Below are positions 42,401 to 57,400 of a DNA stretch of 64,000 nt, one piece after another. Position 1 is the first letter of the stretch; every line of letters starts with the position of its first letter. The stretch covers positions 375,596,001-375,660,000 of the forward strand of contig OZ024742.1 in the NCBI GenBank assembly GCA_964016885.1. The letters are read 5' to 3'. The position numbers and the translations under genes are program-made. The notes beneath the pieces were generated by a model, which had not been told where the DNA came from, ran no database searches, and saw nothing but the letters and a program-made list of their open reading frames with translations. The DNA comes from Eledone cirrhosa (lineage: Eukaryota).

Positions 42401-45400
42401 CCCCCCCCCCCCCAACAACCAGGTAGTAATGTTAAACTAGACATTAACTCTACCACCCAACACCCAGGTAGTAATCTTAAACTAGACATTAACTCTACCA
42501 CCCAACACCCAGGTAGTAATGTTAAACTAGACATTAAGTCTACCACACAACACCCAGGTAGTAATGTTAAACTAGACATTAAGTCTACCACCCAACACCC
42601 AGGTAGTAATGTTAAACTAGACATTAAGTCTACCACACAACACCCAGGTAGTAATGTTAAACTAGACATTAAGTCTACCACCCAACACCCAGTTAGTAAT
42701 GTTAAACTAGACATTAAGTCTACCACACAACACCCAGGTAGTAATGTTAAACTAGACAGGTTAAATGTACCACCCAACACCCAGGTGGTAATGTTAAACT
42801 AGACATTAAGTCTACCACCCAACACCCAGGTAGTAATGTTAAACTAGATAGTTTAAGTCTATCACCCAACACCTAGGTATTAATATTAAACTAGACAGGT
42901 TAAGTCTACCACCCAACACCCAGGTGGTAATGTTAAACTAGACATTAAGTCTACCACCCAACACCCAGGTAGTAATGTTAAACTAGATAGTTTAAGTCTA
43001 CCACCCAACATCTAGGTATTAATATTAAACTAGACAGGTTAAGTCTACCACCCAACACCCAGGTACTAATGTTAAACTAGACATTAAGTCTACCACCCAA
43101 CACCCAGGTAGTAATGTTAAACTAGACAGATTAAGTCTACCACCCAACACCCAGGTAGTAATATTAAACTAGACAGGTTAAGTCTACCACACAACACTCA
43201 GGTGGTAATGTTAAACTAGACAGGTTAAGTCTACCACCCAACACCCAGGTAGTAATGTTAAACTAGACAGATTAAGTCTACCACCCAACACCCAGGTAGT
43301 AATATTAAACTAGACAGGTTAAGTCTACCACACAACACCCAGGTGGTAATGTTAAACTAGACAGGTTAAGTCTACCACCCAACAGCCAGGTAGTAATGTT
43401 AAACTAGACAGATTAAGTCTACCACCTAACACCCAGGTAGTAATGTTAAACTAGACAGTTTAAGTCTACCACCCAACAACCAGGTAGTAATGTTAAACTA
43501 GATAGGTTAAGTCTACCACCCAACAACCAGGTAGTAATGTTAAACTAGACAGGTTAAGTCTACCACACAACACCCAGGTAGTAATGTTAAACTAGACATT
43601 AAGTCTACCACACAACACCCAGGTAGTAATGTTAAACTAGACATTAAGTCTACCACCCAACACCCAGGTGGTAACGTTAAACTAGACAATAAATCTACCA
43701 CACAACACCCAGGTGGTAATGTTAAACTAGACATTAAGTCTACCACCCAACACCCAGGTGGTAATTTTAAACTAGACATTACGTCTACCACACAACACCC
43801 AGGGGGTAATGTTAAACTAGACATTAAGTGTACCACCCAACACCCAGTTAGTAATGTTAAACTAGACATTAAGTCTACCACACAACACCCAGGTGGTAAT
43901 GTTAAACTAGACAAATTAAGTCTACCACCCAACACCCAGGTAGTAATGTTAAACTAGATAGTTGAAGTCTACCCCCCCCCCCAACAACCAGGTAGTAATG
44001 TTAAACTAGACATTAACTCTACCACCCAACACCCAGGTAGTAATCTTAAACTAGACATTAACTCTACCACCCAACACCCAGGTAGTAATGTTAAACTAGA
44101 CATTAAGTCTACCACACAACACCCAGGTAGTAATGTTAAACTAGACATTAAGTCTACCACCCAACACCCAGGTAGTAATGTTAAACTAGACATTAAGTCT
44201 ACCACACAACACCCAGGTAGTAATGTTAAACTAGACATTAAGTCTACCACCCAACACCCAGTTAGTAATGTTAAACTAGACATTAAGTCTACCACACAAC
44301 ACCCAGGTAGTAATGTTAAACTAGACAGGTTAAATGTACCACCCAACACCCAGGTGGTAATGTTAAACTAGACATTAAGTCTACCACCCAACACCCAGGT
44401 AGTAATGTTAAACTAGATAGTTTAAGTCTATCACCCAACACCTAGGTATTAATATTAAACTAGACAGGTTAAGTCTACCACCCAACACCCAGGTAGTAAT
44501 GTTACACTAGACATTAAGTCTACCACCCAACACCCAGGTAGTGATGTTAAACTAGATAGTTTAAGTCTACCACCCAACACCTAGGTATTAATATTAAACT
44601 AGACAGGTTAAGTCTACCACCCAACACCCAGGTGGTAATGTTAAACTAGACAATAAATCTACCACACAACACTCAGGTGGTAATGTTAAACTAGACATTA
44701 AGTCTACCACCCAACACCCAGGTGTTAATGTTAAACTAGACATTACGTCTACCACACAACACCCAGGTGGTAATGTTAAACTAGACATTAAGTGTACCAC
44801 CCAACAACCAGGTAGTAACGTTAAACTAGACATTAAGTCTACCACCCAACACCCAGGTAGTAATGTTAAACTAGACATTAAGTCTACCACACAACACCCA
44901 GGTGGTAATGTTAAACTAGACATTAAGTCTACCACCCAACACCCAGGTAGTAATGTTAAACTAGACATTAAGTCTACCACCCAACACCCAGGTGGTAATG
45001 TTAAACTAGACATTAAGTCTACCACCCAACACCCAGGTGGTAATGTTAAACTAGATATTAAGTCTTCCACCCAACACCCAGGTAGTAATGTTAAACTAGA
45101 TAGTTTAAGTCTACCACCCAACACCCAAGTAGTAATGTTAAACTAGACAGATTAAGTCTACCACCCAACACCCAGGTAGTAATGTTAAACTAGATAGTTT
45201 ATGTCTACCACCAAACACCCAGGTAGTAATGTTAAACTAGACAGGTTAAGTCTACCACCCAACACCCAGGTAGTAATGTTAAACTAGACAGGTTAAGTCT
45301 ACCACCCAACACCCAGGTAGTAATGTTAAACTAGACATTAAGTCTACCACACAACACCCAGGTAGTAATGTTAAACTAGACAGGTTAAGTCTACCACACA

Positions 45401-48400
45401 ACACCCAGGTAGTAATGTTAAACTAGACATTAATTCTACCACCCACCACCCAGGTAGTAATGTTTAACTAGTCATTAAATCTACCACACAACACCCAGGT
45501 GGTAATGTTAAACTAGACATTAAGTGTACCACCCAACACCCAGGTAGTAATGTTAAACTAGACAGTTTATGTCTACCACCCAACACCCAGTTAGTAATGT
45601 TAAACTAGACATTAAGTCTACCACACAACACCCAGGTGGTAATGTTAAACTAGGCATTAAGTCTACCACCCAACACCCAGGTAGTAATGTTAAACTAGAC
45701 AGTTTAAGTCTACCACCCAACACCCAGGTGGTAATGTTAAATTAGACATTAAGTCTACCACCCAACACCCAGGTGGTAATGTTAAACTAGACATGAAGTC
45801 TACCACCCAACACCCAGGTAGTAATTTTAAACTAGATAGTTTAAGTCTACCACCCAACACCCAGGTATTAATATTAAACTAGACAGGTTAAGTCTACCAC
45901 CCACCACCCAGGTAGTAATGTTAAACTAGACATATTAAGTCTACCACCCAACACCCAGGTAGTAATGTTAAACTAGATAGTTTATGTCTACCACCCAACA
46001 CCCAGGTAGTAACGTTAAACTAGACAGGTTAAGTCTACCACCCAACACCCAGGTAGTAATGTTAAACTAGACAGGTTAAGTCTTCCACCCAAAACACCCA
46101 GGTAGTAATGTTAAACTAGACATTAAGTCTACCACTCAACACCCAGGTAGTAATATTAAACTAGACAGTTTAAGTCTACCACCCAACAACCAGGTAGTAA
46201 TGTTAAACTAGATAGGTTAAGTCTACCACCCAACAACCAGGTAGTAATGTTAAACTAGACAGGTTAAGTCTACCACACAACACCCAGGTAGTAATGTTAA
46301 ACCAGACATTAAGTCTACCACACAACACCCAGGTAGTAATGTTAAACTAGACATTAAGTCTACCACCCAACACCCAGGTGGTAATGTTAAACTAGACAAT
46401 AAATCTACCACACAACACCCAGGTGGTAACCTTAAACTAGACATTAAGTCTACCACCCAACACCCAGGTGTTAATGTTAAACTAGACATTACGTCTACCA
46501 CACAACACCCAGGTGGTAATGTTAAACTAGACATTAAGTGTACCACCCAACAACCAGGTAGTAATGTTAAACTAGACATTAAGTCTACCACCCAACACCC
46601 AGGTGGTAATGTTAAACTAGACATTAAGTCTACCACCCAACACCCAGGTAGTAATGTTAAACTAGACATTAAGTCTACCACCCAACGCCCAGGTGGTAAT
46701 GTTAAACTAGACATTAAGTCTACCACCCAACACCCAGGTGGTAATGTTAAACTAGACATTAAGTCTTCCACCCAACACCCAGGTAGTAATGTTAAACTAG
46801 ATAGTTTAAGTCTACCACCCAACACCCAAGTAGTAATGTTAAACTAGACAGATTAAGTCTACCACCCAACACCCAGGTAGTAATGTTAAACTAGATAGTT
46901 TATGTCTACCACCCAACACCCAGGTAGTAATGTTAAACTAGACAGGTTAAGTCTACCACCCAACACCCAGGTAGTAATGTTAAACTAGACAGGTTAAGTC
47001 TACCACCCAACACCCAGGTAGTAATGTTAAACTAGACATTAAGTCTACCACCCAACACCCAGGTAGTAATATTAAACTAGACAGGTTAAGTCTACCACAC
47101 AACACCCAGGTGGTAATGTTAAACTAGTCAGGTTAAGTCTACCACCCAACAGTCAGGTAGTAATGTTAAACTAGACAGATTAAGTCTACCACCTAACACC
47201 CAGGTAGTAATGTTAAACTAGACAGTTTAAGTCTACCACCCAACAACCAGGTAGTAATGTTAAACTAGACAGGTTAAGTCTACCACACAACACCCAGGTA
47301 GTAATGTTAAACTAGACATTAACTCTACCACACAACACCCAGGTAGTAATGTTAAACTAGACATTAAGTCTACCACCCAACACCCAGGTGGTAACGTTAA
47401 ACTAGACAATAAATCTACCACACAACACCCAGGTGGTAATGTTAAACTAGACATTAAGTCTACCACCCAACACCCAGGTGGTAATTTTAAACTAGACATT
47501 ACGTCTACCACACAACACCCAGGGGGTAATGTTAAACTAGACATTAAGTGTACCACCCAACACCCAGTTAGTAATGTTAAACTAGACATTAAGTCTACCA
47601 CACAACACCCAGGTGGTAATGTTAAACTAGACAAATTAAGTCTACCACCCAACACCCAGGTAGTAATGTTAAACTAGATAGTTGAAGTCTACCCCCCCCC
47701 AACAACCAGATAGTAATGTTAAACTAGACATTAACTCTACCACCCAACACCCAAGTAGTAATCTTAAACTAGACATTAACTCTACCACCCAACACCCAGG
47801 TAGTAATGTTAAACTAGAAATTAAGACTACCACACAACACCCAGGTAGTAATGTTAAACTAGACATTAAGTCTACCACCCAACACCCAGGTAGTAATGTT
47901 AAACTAGACATTAAGTCTACCACACAACACCCATGTGGTAATGTTAAACTAGGCATTAAGTCTACCACCCAACACCCAGGTAGTAATGTTAAATTAGACA
48001 GTTTAAGTCTACCACCCAACACCCAGGTGGTTATGTTAAATTAGACATTAAGTCTACCACCCAACACCCAGATGGTAATGTTAAACTAGACATGAAGTCT
48101 ACCACCCAACACCCAGGTAGTAATTTTAAACTAGATAGTTTAAGTCTACTACCCAACACCCAGGTATTAATATTAAACTAGACAGGTTAAGTCTACCACC
48201 CACCACCCAGGTAGTAAAGTTAAACTAGACAGATTAAGTCTACCACCCAACACCCAGGTAGTAATGTTAAACTAGATAGTTTATGTCTACCACCCAACAC
48301 CCAGGTAGTAACGTTAAACTAGACAGGTTAAGTCTACCACCCAACACCCAGGTAGTAATGTTAAACTAGACAGGTTAAGTCTACCACCCAAAACACCCAG

Positions 48401-51400
48401 GTAGTAATGTTAAACTAGACATTAAGTCTACCACCCAACACCCAGGTAGTAATATTAAACTAGACAGTTTAAGTCTACCACCCAACAACCAGGTAGTAAT
48501 GTTAAACTAGACAGGTTAAGTCTACCACACAACACCCAGGTAGTAATGTTAAACTAGACATTAAGTCTACCACCCAACACCCAGGTGGTAATGTTAAACT
48601 AGACAATAAATCTACCACACAACACCCAGGTGGTAATGTTAAACTAGACATTAAGTCTATCACCCAACACCCAGGTGTTAATGTTAAACTAGACATTACG
48701 TCTACCACACAACACCCAGGTGGTAATGTTAAACTAGACATTAAGTGTACCACCCAACAACCAGGTAGTAATGTTAAACTAGACATTAAGTCTACCACAC
48801 AACACCCAGGTGGTAATGTTAAACTAGACATTAAGTCTACCACCCAACACCCAGGTAGTAATGTTAAACTAGACATTAAGTCTACCACCCAACACCCAGG
48901 TGGTAATGTTAAACTAGACATTAAGTCTACCACCCAACACCCAGGTGGTAATGTTAAACTAGACATTAAGTCTTCCACCCAACACCCAGGTAGTAATGTT
49001 AAACTAGATAGTTTAAGTCTACCACCCAACACCCAAGTAGTAATGTTATACTAGACAGATTAAGTCTACCACCCAACACCCAGGTAGTAATGTTAAACTA
49101 GATAGTTTATGTCTACCACCCAACACCCAGGTAGTAATGTTAAACTAGACAGGTTAAGTCTACCACCCAACACCCAGGTAGTAATGTTAAACTAGACAGG
49201 TTAAGTCTACCACCCAACACCCAGGTAGTAATGTTAAACTAGACATTAAGTCTACCACACAACACCCAGGTAGTAATGTTAAACTAGACAGGTTAAGTCT
49301 ACCACACAACACCCAGGTAGTAATGTTAAACTAGACATTAATTCTACCACCCACCACCCAGGTAGTAATGTTTAACTAGTCATTAAATCTACCACACAAC
49401 ACCCAGGTGGTAATGTTAAACTAGACATTAAGTGTACCACCCAACACCCAGGTAGTAATGTTAAACTAGACAGTTTATGTCTACCACCCAACACCCAGTT
49501 AGTAATGTTAAACTAGACATTAAGTCTACCACACAACACCCAGGTGGTAATGTTAAACTAGGCATTAAGTCTACCACCCAACACCCAGGTAGTAATGTTA
49601 AACTAGACAGTTTAAGTCTACCACCCAACACCCAGGTGGTAATGTTAAATTAGACATTAAGTCTACCACCCAACACCCAGGTGGTAATGTTAAACTAGAC
49701 ATGAAGTCTACCACCCAACACCCAGGTAGTAATTTTAAACTAGAAAGTTTAAGTCTACCACCCAACACCCAGGTATTAATATTAAACTAGACAGGTTAAG
49801 TCTACCACCCACCACCCAGGTAGTAATGTTAAACTAGACATATTAAGTCTACCACCCAACACCCAGGTAGTAATGTTAAACTAGATAGTTTATGTCTACC
49901 ACCCAACACCCAGGTAGTAACGTTAAACTAGACAGGTTAAGTCTACCACCCAACACCCAGGTAGTAATGTTAAACTAGACAGGTTAAGTCTACCACCCAA
50001 AACACCCAGGTAGTAATGTTAAACTAGACATTAAGTCTACCACTCAACACCCAGGTAGTAATATTAAACTAGACAGTTTAAGTCTACCACCCAACAACCA
50101 GGTAGTAATGTTAAACTAGATAGGTTAAGTCTACCACCCAACAACCAGGTAGTAATGTTAAACTAGACAGGTTAAGTCTACCACACAACACCCAGGTAGT
50201 AATGTTAAACCAGACATTAAGTCTACCACACAACACCCAGGTAGTAATGTTAAACTAGACATTAAGTCTACCACCCAACACCCAGGTGGTAATGTTAAAC
50301 TAGACAATAAATCTACCACACATCACCCAGGTGGTAACGTTAAACTAGACATTAAGTCTACCACCCAACACCCAGGTGTTAATGTTAAACTAGACATTAC
50401 GTCTACCACACAACACCCAGGTGGTAATGTTAAACTAGACATTAAGTGTACCACCCAACAACCAGGTAGTAATGTTAAACTAGACATTAAGTCTACCACC
50501 CAACACCCAGGTAGTAATGTTAAACTAGACATTAAGTCTACCACACAACACCCAGGTGGTAATGTTAAACTAGACATTAAGTCTACCACCCAACACCCAG
50601 GTGGTAATGTTAAACTAGACATTAAGTCTACCACCCAACACCCAGGTGGTAATGTTAAACTAGATAGTTTAAGTCTACCACCCAACACCCAAGTAGTAAT
50701 GTTAAACTAGACAGATTAAGTCTACCACCCAACACCCAGGTAGTAATGTTAAACTAGATAGTTTATGTCTACCACCCAACACCCAGGTAGTAATGTTAAA
50801 CTAGACAGGTTAAGTCTACCACCCAACACCCAGGTAGTAATGTTAAACTAGACAGGTTAAGTCTACCACCCAACACCCACGTAGTAATGTTAAACTAGAC
50901 ATTAAGTCTACCACCCAACACCCAGGTAGTAATATTAAACTAGACAGGTTAAGTCTACCACACAACACCCAGGTGGTAATGTTAAACTAGACAGGTTAAG
51001 TCTACCACCCAACAGCCAGGTAGTAATGTTAAACTAGACAGATTAAGTCTACCACCTAACACCCAGGTAGTAATGTTAAACTAGACAGTTTAAGTCTACC
51101 ACCCAACAACCAGGTAGTAATGTTAAACTAGACAGGTTAAGTCTACCACACAACACCCAGGTAGTAATGTTAAACTAGACATTAAGTCTACCACACAACA
51201 CCCAGGTAGTAATGTTAAACTAGACATTAAGTCTACCACCCAACACCCAGGTGGTAACGTTAAACTAGACAATAAATCTACCACACAACACCCAGGTGGT
51301 AATGTTAAACTAGACATTAAGTCTACCACCCAACACCCAGGTGGTAATGTTAAACTAGACATTACGTCTACCACACAACACCCAGGTGCTAACGTTAAAC

Positions 51401-54400
51401 TAGACATTAAGTGTACCACCCAACAACCAGGTGGTAATGTTAAACTAGACATTAAGACTACCACCCAACACCCAGGTAGTAATATTAAACTAGACAGGTT
51501 AAGTCTACCACCCAACAACCAGGTAGTAATGTTAAACTAGATAGGTTAAGTCTACCACCCAACACACAGGTAGTAATGTTAAACTAGACAGGTTAAGTCT
51601 ACCACACAACAACCAGGTAGTAATGTTAAACTAGACAGGTTAAGTCTACCACACAACAACCAGGTAGTAATGTTAAACTAGACATTAAGTCTACCATCCA
51701 ACACCCAGGTAATAATGTTAAACTAGATATTAAGTCTACCACCCAACACCCAGGTGGTAATGTTAAACTAGACAATAAATCTACCACACAACACCCAGGT
51801 GGTAATGTTAAACTAGACATTAAGTCTACCACCCAACACCCAGGTGGTAATGTTAAACTAGACATTACGTCTACCACACAACACCCAGGTGCTAACGTTA
51901 AACTAGACATTAAGTGTACCACCCAACAACCAGGTAGTGATGTTAAACTAGACATTAAGTCTACCACCCAACACCCAGGTAGTAATGTTAAACTAGACAT
52001 TAAGTCTACCACACAACATGCAGGTGGTAATGTTAAACTAGACAAATTAAGTCTATCACCCAACACCCAGGTAGTAATGTTAAACTAGATAGTTGAAGTC
52101 TACCCCCCAACAACCAGGTGGTAATGTTAAACTAGACAGTTTATGTCTACCACCCAACACCCAGGTAGTAATGTTAAACTAGACATTAACTCTACCACCC
52201 AACACCCAGGTAGTAATCTTAAACTAGACATTAACTCTACCACCCAACACCCAGGTAGTAATGTTAAACTAGACATTAAGTCTACCACCCCAACACCCAG
52301 GTAGTAATGTTAAACTAGACAGGTTAAGTCTACCACCCAACACCCAGGTAGTAATGTTAAACTAGACAGTTTATCTCTACCACCCAACACCCAGTTAGTA
52401 ATGTTAAACTAGACATTAAGTCTACCACACAACACCCAGGTGGTAATGTTAAACTAGGCATTAAGTCTACCACCCAACACCCAGGTAGTAATGTTAAACT
52501 AGACAGTTTAAATCTACCACCCAACACCCAGGTGGTAATGTTATATTAGACATTAAGTCTACCACCCAACACCCAGGTGGTAATGTTAAACTAGACATGA
52601 AGTCTACCACCCAACACCCAGGTAGTAATTTTAAACTAGATAGTTTAAGTCTACCACCCAACACCCAGGTATTAATATTAAACTAGACAGGTTAAGTCTA
52701 CCACCCACCACCCAGGTAGTAATGTTAAATTAGACAGATTAAGTCTACCACCCAACACCCAGGTAGTAATATTAAACTAGACAGTTTAAGTCTACCACCC
52801 AACAACCAGGTAGTAATGTTAAACTAGATAGGTTAAGTCTACCACCCAACAACCAGGTAGTAATGTTAAACTAGACAGGTTAAGTCTACCACACAACACC
52901 CAGGTAGTAATGTTAAACCAGACATTAAGTCTACCACACAACACCCAGGTAGTAATGTTAAACTAGACATTAAGTCTACCACCCAACACCCAGGTAGTAA
53001 TTTTAAACTAGATAGTTTAAGTCTACCACCCAACACCCAGGTATTAATATTAAACTAGACAGGTTAAGTCTACCACCCACCACCCAGGTAGTAATGTTAA
53101 ATTAGACAGATTAAGTCTACCACCCAACACCCAGGTAGTAATATTAAACTAGACAGTTTAAGTCTACCACCCAACAACCAGGTAGTAATGTTTAACTAGT
53201 CATTAAATCTACCACACAACACCCAGGTGGTAATGTTAAACTAGACATTAAGTGTACCACCCAACACCCAGGTAGTAATGTTAAACTAGACAGTTTATGT
53301 CTACCACCCAACACCCAGTTAGTAATGTTAAACTAGACATTAAGTCTACCACACAACACCCAGGTGGTAATGTTAAACTAGACAATAAATCTACCACACA
53401 ACACCCAGGTGGTAATGTTAAACTAGACATTAAGTCTACCACCCAACACCCAGGTGTTAATGTTAAACTAGACATTACGTCTACCACACAACACCCAGGT
53501 GGTAATGTTAAACTAGACATTAAGTGTACCACCCAACAACCAGGTAGTAATGTTAAACTAGACATTAAGTCTACCACCCAACACCCAGGTAGTAATGTTA
53601 AACTAGACATTAAGTCTAACACACAACACCCAGGTGGTAATGTTAAACTAGACATTAAGTCTACCACCCAACACCCAGGTAGTAATGTTAAACTAGACAT
53701 TAAGTCTACCACCCAACACCCAGGTGGTAATGTTAAACTAGACATTAAGTCTACCACACAACACCCAGGTGGTAATGTTAAACTAGACATTAAGTCTTCC
53801 ACCCAACACCCAGGTAGTAATGTTAAACTAGATAGTTTAAGTCTACCACCCAACACCCAAGTAGTAATGTTAAACTAGACAGATTAAGTCTACCACCCAA
53901 CACCCAGGTAGTAATGTTAAACTAGATAGTTTATGTCTACCACCCAACACCCAGGTAGTAATGTTAAACTAGACAGGTTAAGTCTACCACCCAACACCCA
54001 GGTAGTAATGTTAAACTAGACAGGTTAAGTCTACCACCCAACACCCAGGTAGTAATGTTAAACTAGACATTAAGTCTACCACACAACACCCAGGTAGTAA
54101 TGTTAAACTAGACAGGTTAAGTCTACCACACAACACCCAGGTAGTAATGTTAAACTAGACATTAATTCTACCACCCACCACCCAGGTAGTAATGTTTAAC
54201 TAGTCATTAAATCTACCACACAACACCCAGGTGGTAATGTTAAACTAGACATTAAGTGTACCACCCAACACCCAGGTAGTAATGTTAAACTAGACAGTTT
54301 ATGTCTACCACCCAACATCCAGTTAGTAATGTTAAACTAGACATTAAGTCTACCACACAACACCCAGTTGGTAATGTTAAACTAGGCATTAAGTCTACCA

Positions 54401-57400
54401 CCCAACACCCAGGTAGTAATGTTAAACTAGACAGTTTAATTCTACCACCCAACACCCAGGTGGTAATGTTAAATTAGACATTAAGTCTACCACCCAACAC
54501 CCAGGTGGTAATGTTAAACTAGACATGAAGTCTACCACCCAACACCCAGGTAGTAATTTTAAACTAGATAGTTTAAGTCTACCACCCAACACCCAGGTAT
54601 TAATATTAAACTAGACAGGTTAAGTCTACCACCCACCACCCAGGTAGTAATGTTAAACTAGACATATTAAGTCTACCACCCAACACCCAGGTAGTAATGT
54701 TAAACTAGATAGTTTATGTCTACCACCCAACACCCAGGTAGTAACGTTAAACTAGACAGGTTAAGTCTACCACCCAACACCCAGGTAGTAATGTTAAACT
54801 AGACAGGTTAAGTCTACCACCCAAAACACCCAGGTAGTAATGTTAAACTAGACATTACGTCTACCACTCAACACACAGGTAGTAATATTAAACTAGACAG
54901 TTTAAGTCTACCACCCAACAACCAGGTAGTAATGTTAAACTAGATAGGTTAAGTCTACCACCCAACAACCAGGTAGTAATGTTAAACTAGACAGGTTAAG
55001 TCTACCACACAACACCCAGGTAGTAATGTTAAACCAGACATTAAGTCTACCACACAACACCCAGGTAGTAATGTTAAACTAGACATTAAGTCTACCACCC
55101 AACACCCAGGTGGTAATGTTAAACTAGACAATAAATCTACCACATAACACCCACGTGGTAACGTTAAACTAGACATTAAGTCTACCACCCAACACCCAGG
55201 TGTTAATGTTAAACTAGACATTACGTCTACCACACAACACCCAGGTGGTAATGTTAAACTAGACATTAAGTGTACCACCCAACAACCAGGTAGTAATGTT
55301 AAACTAGACATTAAGTCTACCACCCAACACCCAGGTAGTAATGTTAAACTAGACATTAAGTCTACCACACAACACCCAGGTGGTAATGTTAAACTAGACA
55401 TTAAGTCTACCACCCAACACCCAGGTAGTAATGTTAAACTAGACATTAAGTCTACCACCCAACACCCAGGTGGTAATGTTAAACTAGACATTAAGTCTAC
55501 CACCCAACACCCAGGTGGTAATGTTAAACTAGACATTAAGTCTTCCACCCAACACCCAGGTAGTAATGTTAAACTAGATAGTTTAAGTCTACCACCCAAC
55601 ACCCAAGTAGTAATGTTAAACTAGACAGGTTAAGTCTACCACCCAACACCCAGGTAGTAATGTTAAACTAGACAGGTTAAGTCTACCACCCAACACCCAG
55701 GTAGTAATGTTAAACTAGACATTAAGTCTACCACCCAACACCCAGGTAGTAATATTAAACTAGACAGGTTAAGTCTACCACACAACACCCAGGTGGTAAT
55801 GTTAAACTAGACAGGTTAAGTCTACCACCCAACAGTCAGGTAGTAATGTTAAACTAGACAGATTAAGTCTACCACCTAACACCCAGGTAGTAATGTTAAA
55901 CTAGACAGTTTAAGTCTACCACCCAACAACCAGGTAGTAATGTTAAACTAGATAGATTAAGTCTACCACCCAACAACCAGATAGTAATGTTAAACTAGAC
56001 AGGTTAAGTCTACCACACAACACCCAGGTAGTAATGTTAAACTAGACATTAAGTCTACCACACAACACCCAGGTAGTAATGTTAAACTAGACATTAAGTC
56101 TACCACCCAACACCCAGGTGGTAATTTTAAACTAGACATTACGGCTACCACACAACACCCAGGGGGTAATGTTAAACTAGACATTAAGTGTACCACCCAA
56201 CACCCAGTTAGTAATGTTAAACTAGACATTAAGTCTACCACACAACACCCAGGTGGTAATGTTAAACTAGACAAATTAAGTCTACCACCCAACACCCAGG
56301 TAGTAATGTTAAACTAGATAGTTGAAGTCTACCCCCCCCCCCAACAACCAGGTAGTAATGTTAAACTAGACATTAACTCTACCACCCAACACCCAGGTAG
56401 TAATCTTAAACTAGACATTAACTCTACCACCCAACACCCAGGTAGTAATGTTAAACTAGACATTAAGTCTACCACACAACACCCAGGTAGTAATGTTAAA
56501 CTAGACATTAAGTCTACCACCCAACACCCAGGTAGTAATGTTAAACTAGACATTAAGTCTACCACACAACACCCAGGTAGTAATGTTAAACTAGACATTA
56601 AGTCTACCACCCAACACCCAGGTAGTAATGTTAAACTAGACATTAAGTCTACCACACAACACCCAGGTAGTAATGTTAAACTAGACAGGTTAAGTGTACC
56701 ACCCAACACCCAGGTGGTAATGTTAAACTAGACATTAAGTCTACCACCCAACACCCAGGTAGTAATGTTAAACTAGATAGTTTAAGTCTATCACCCAACA
56801 CCTAGGTATTAATATTAAACTAGACAGGTTAAGTCTACCACCCAACACCCAGGTAGTAATGTTACACTAGACATTAAGTCTACCACCCAACACCCAGGTA
56901 GTAATGTTAAACTAGATAGTTTAAGTCTACCACCCAACACCTAGGTATTAATATTAAACTAGACAGGTTAAGTCTACCACCCAACACCCAGGTGGTAATG
57001 TTAAACTAGACATTAAGTCTACCACCCAACACCCAGGTAGTAATGTTAAACTAGATAGTTAAAGTCTACCACCCAACATCTAGGTATTAATATTAAACTA
57101 GACAGGTTAAGTCTACCACCCAACACCCAGGTACTAATGTTAAACTAGACATTAAGTCTACCACCCAACACCCAGGTAGTAATGTTAAACTAGACAGATT
57201 AAGTCTACCACCCAACACCCAGGTAGTAATATTAAACTAGACAGGTTAAGTCTACCACACAACACTCAGGTGGTAATGTTAAACTAGACAGGTTAAGTCT
57301 ACCACCCAACACCCAGGTAGTAATGTTAAACTAGACAGATTAAGTCTACCACCCAACACCCAGGTAGTAATATTAAACTAGACAGGTTAAGTCTACCACA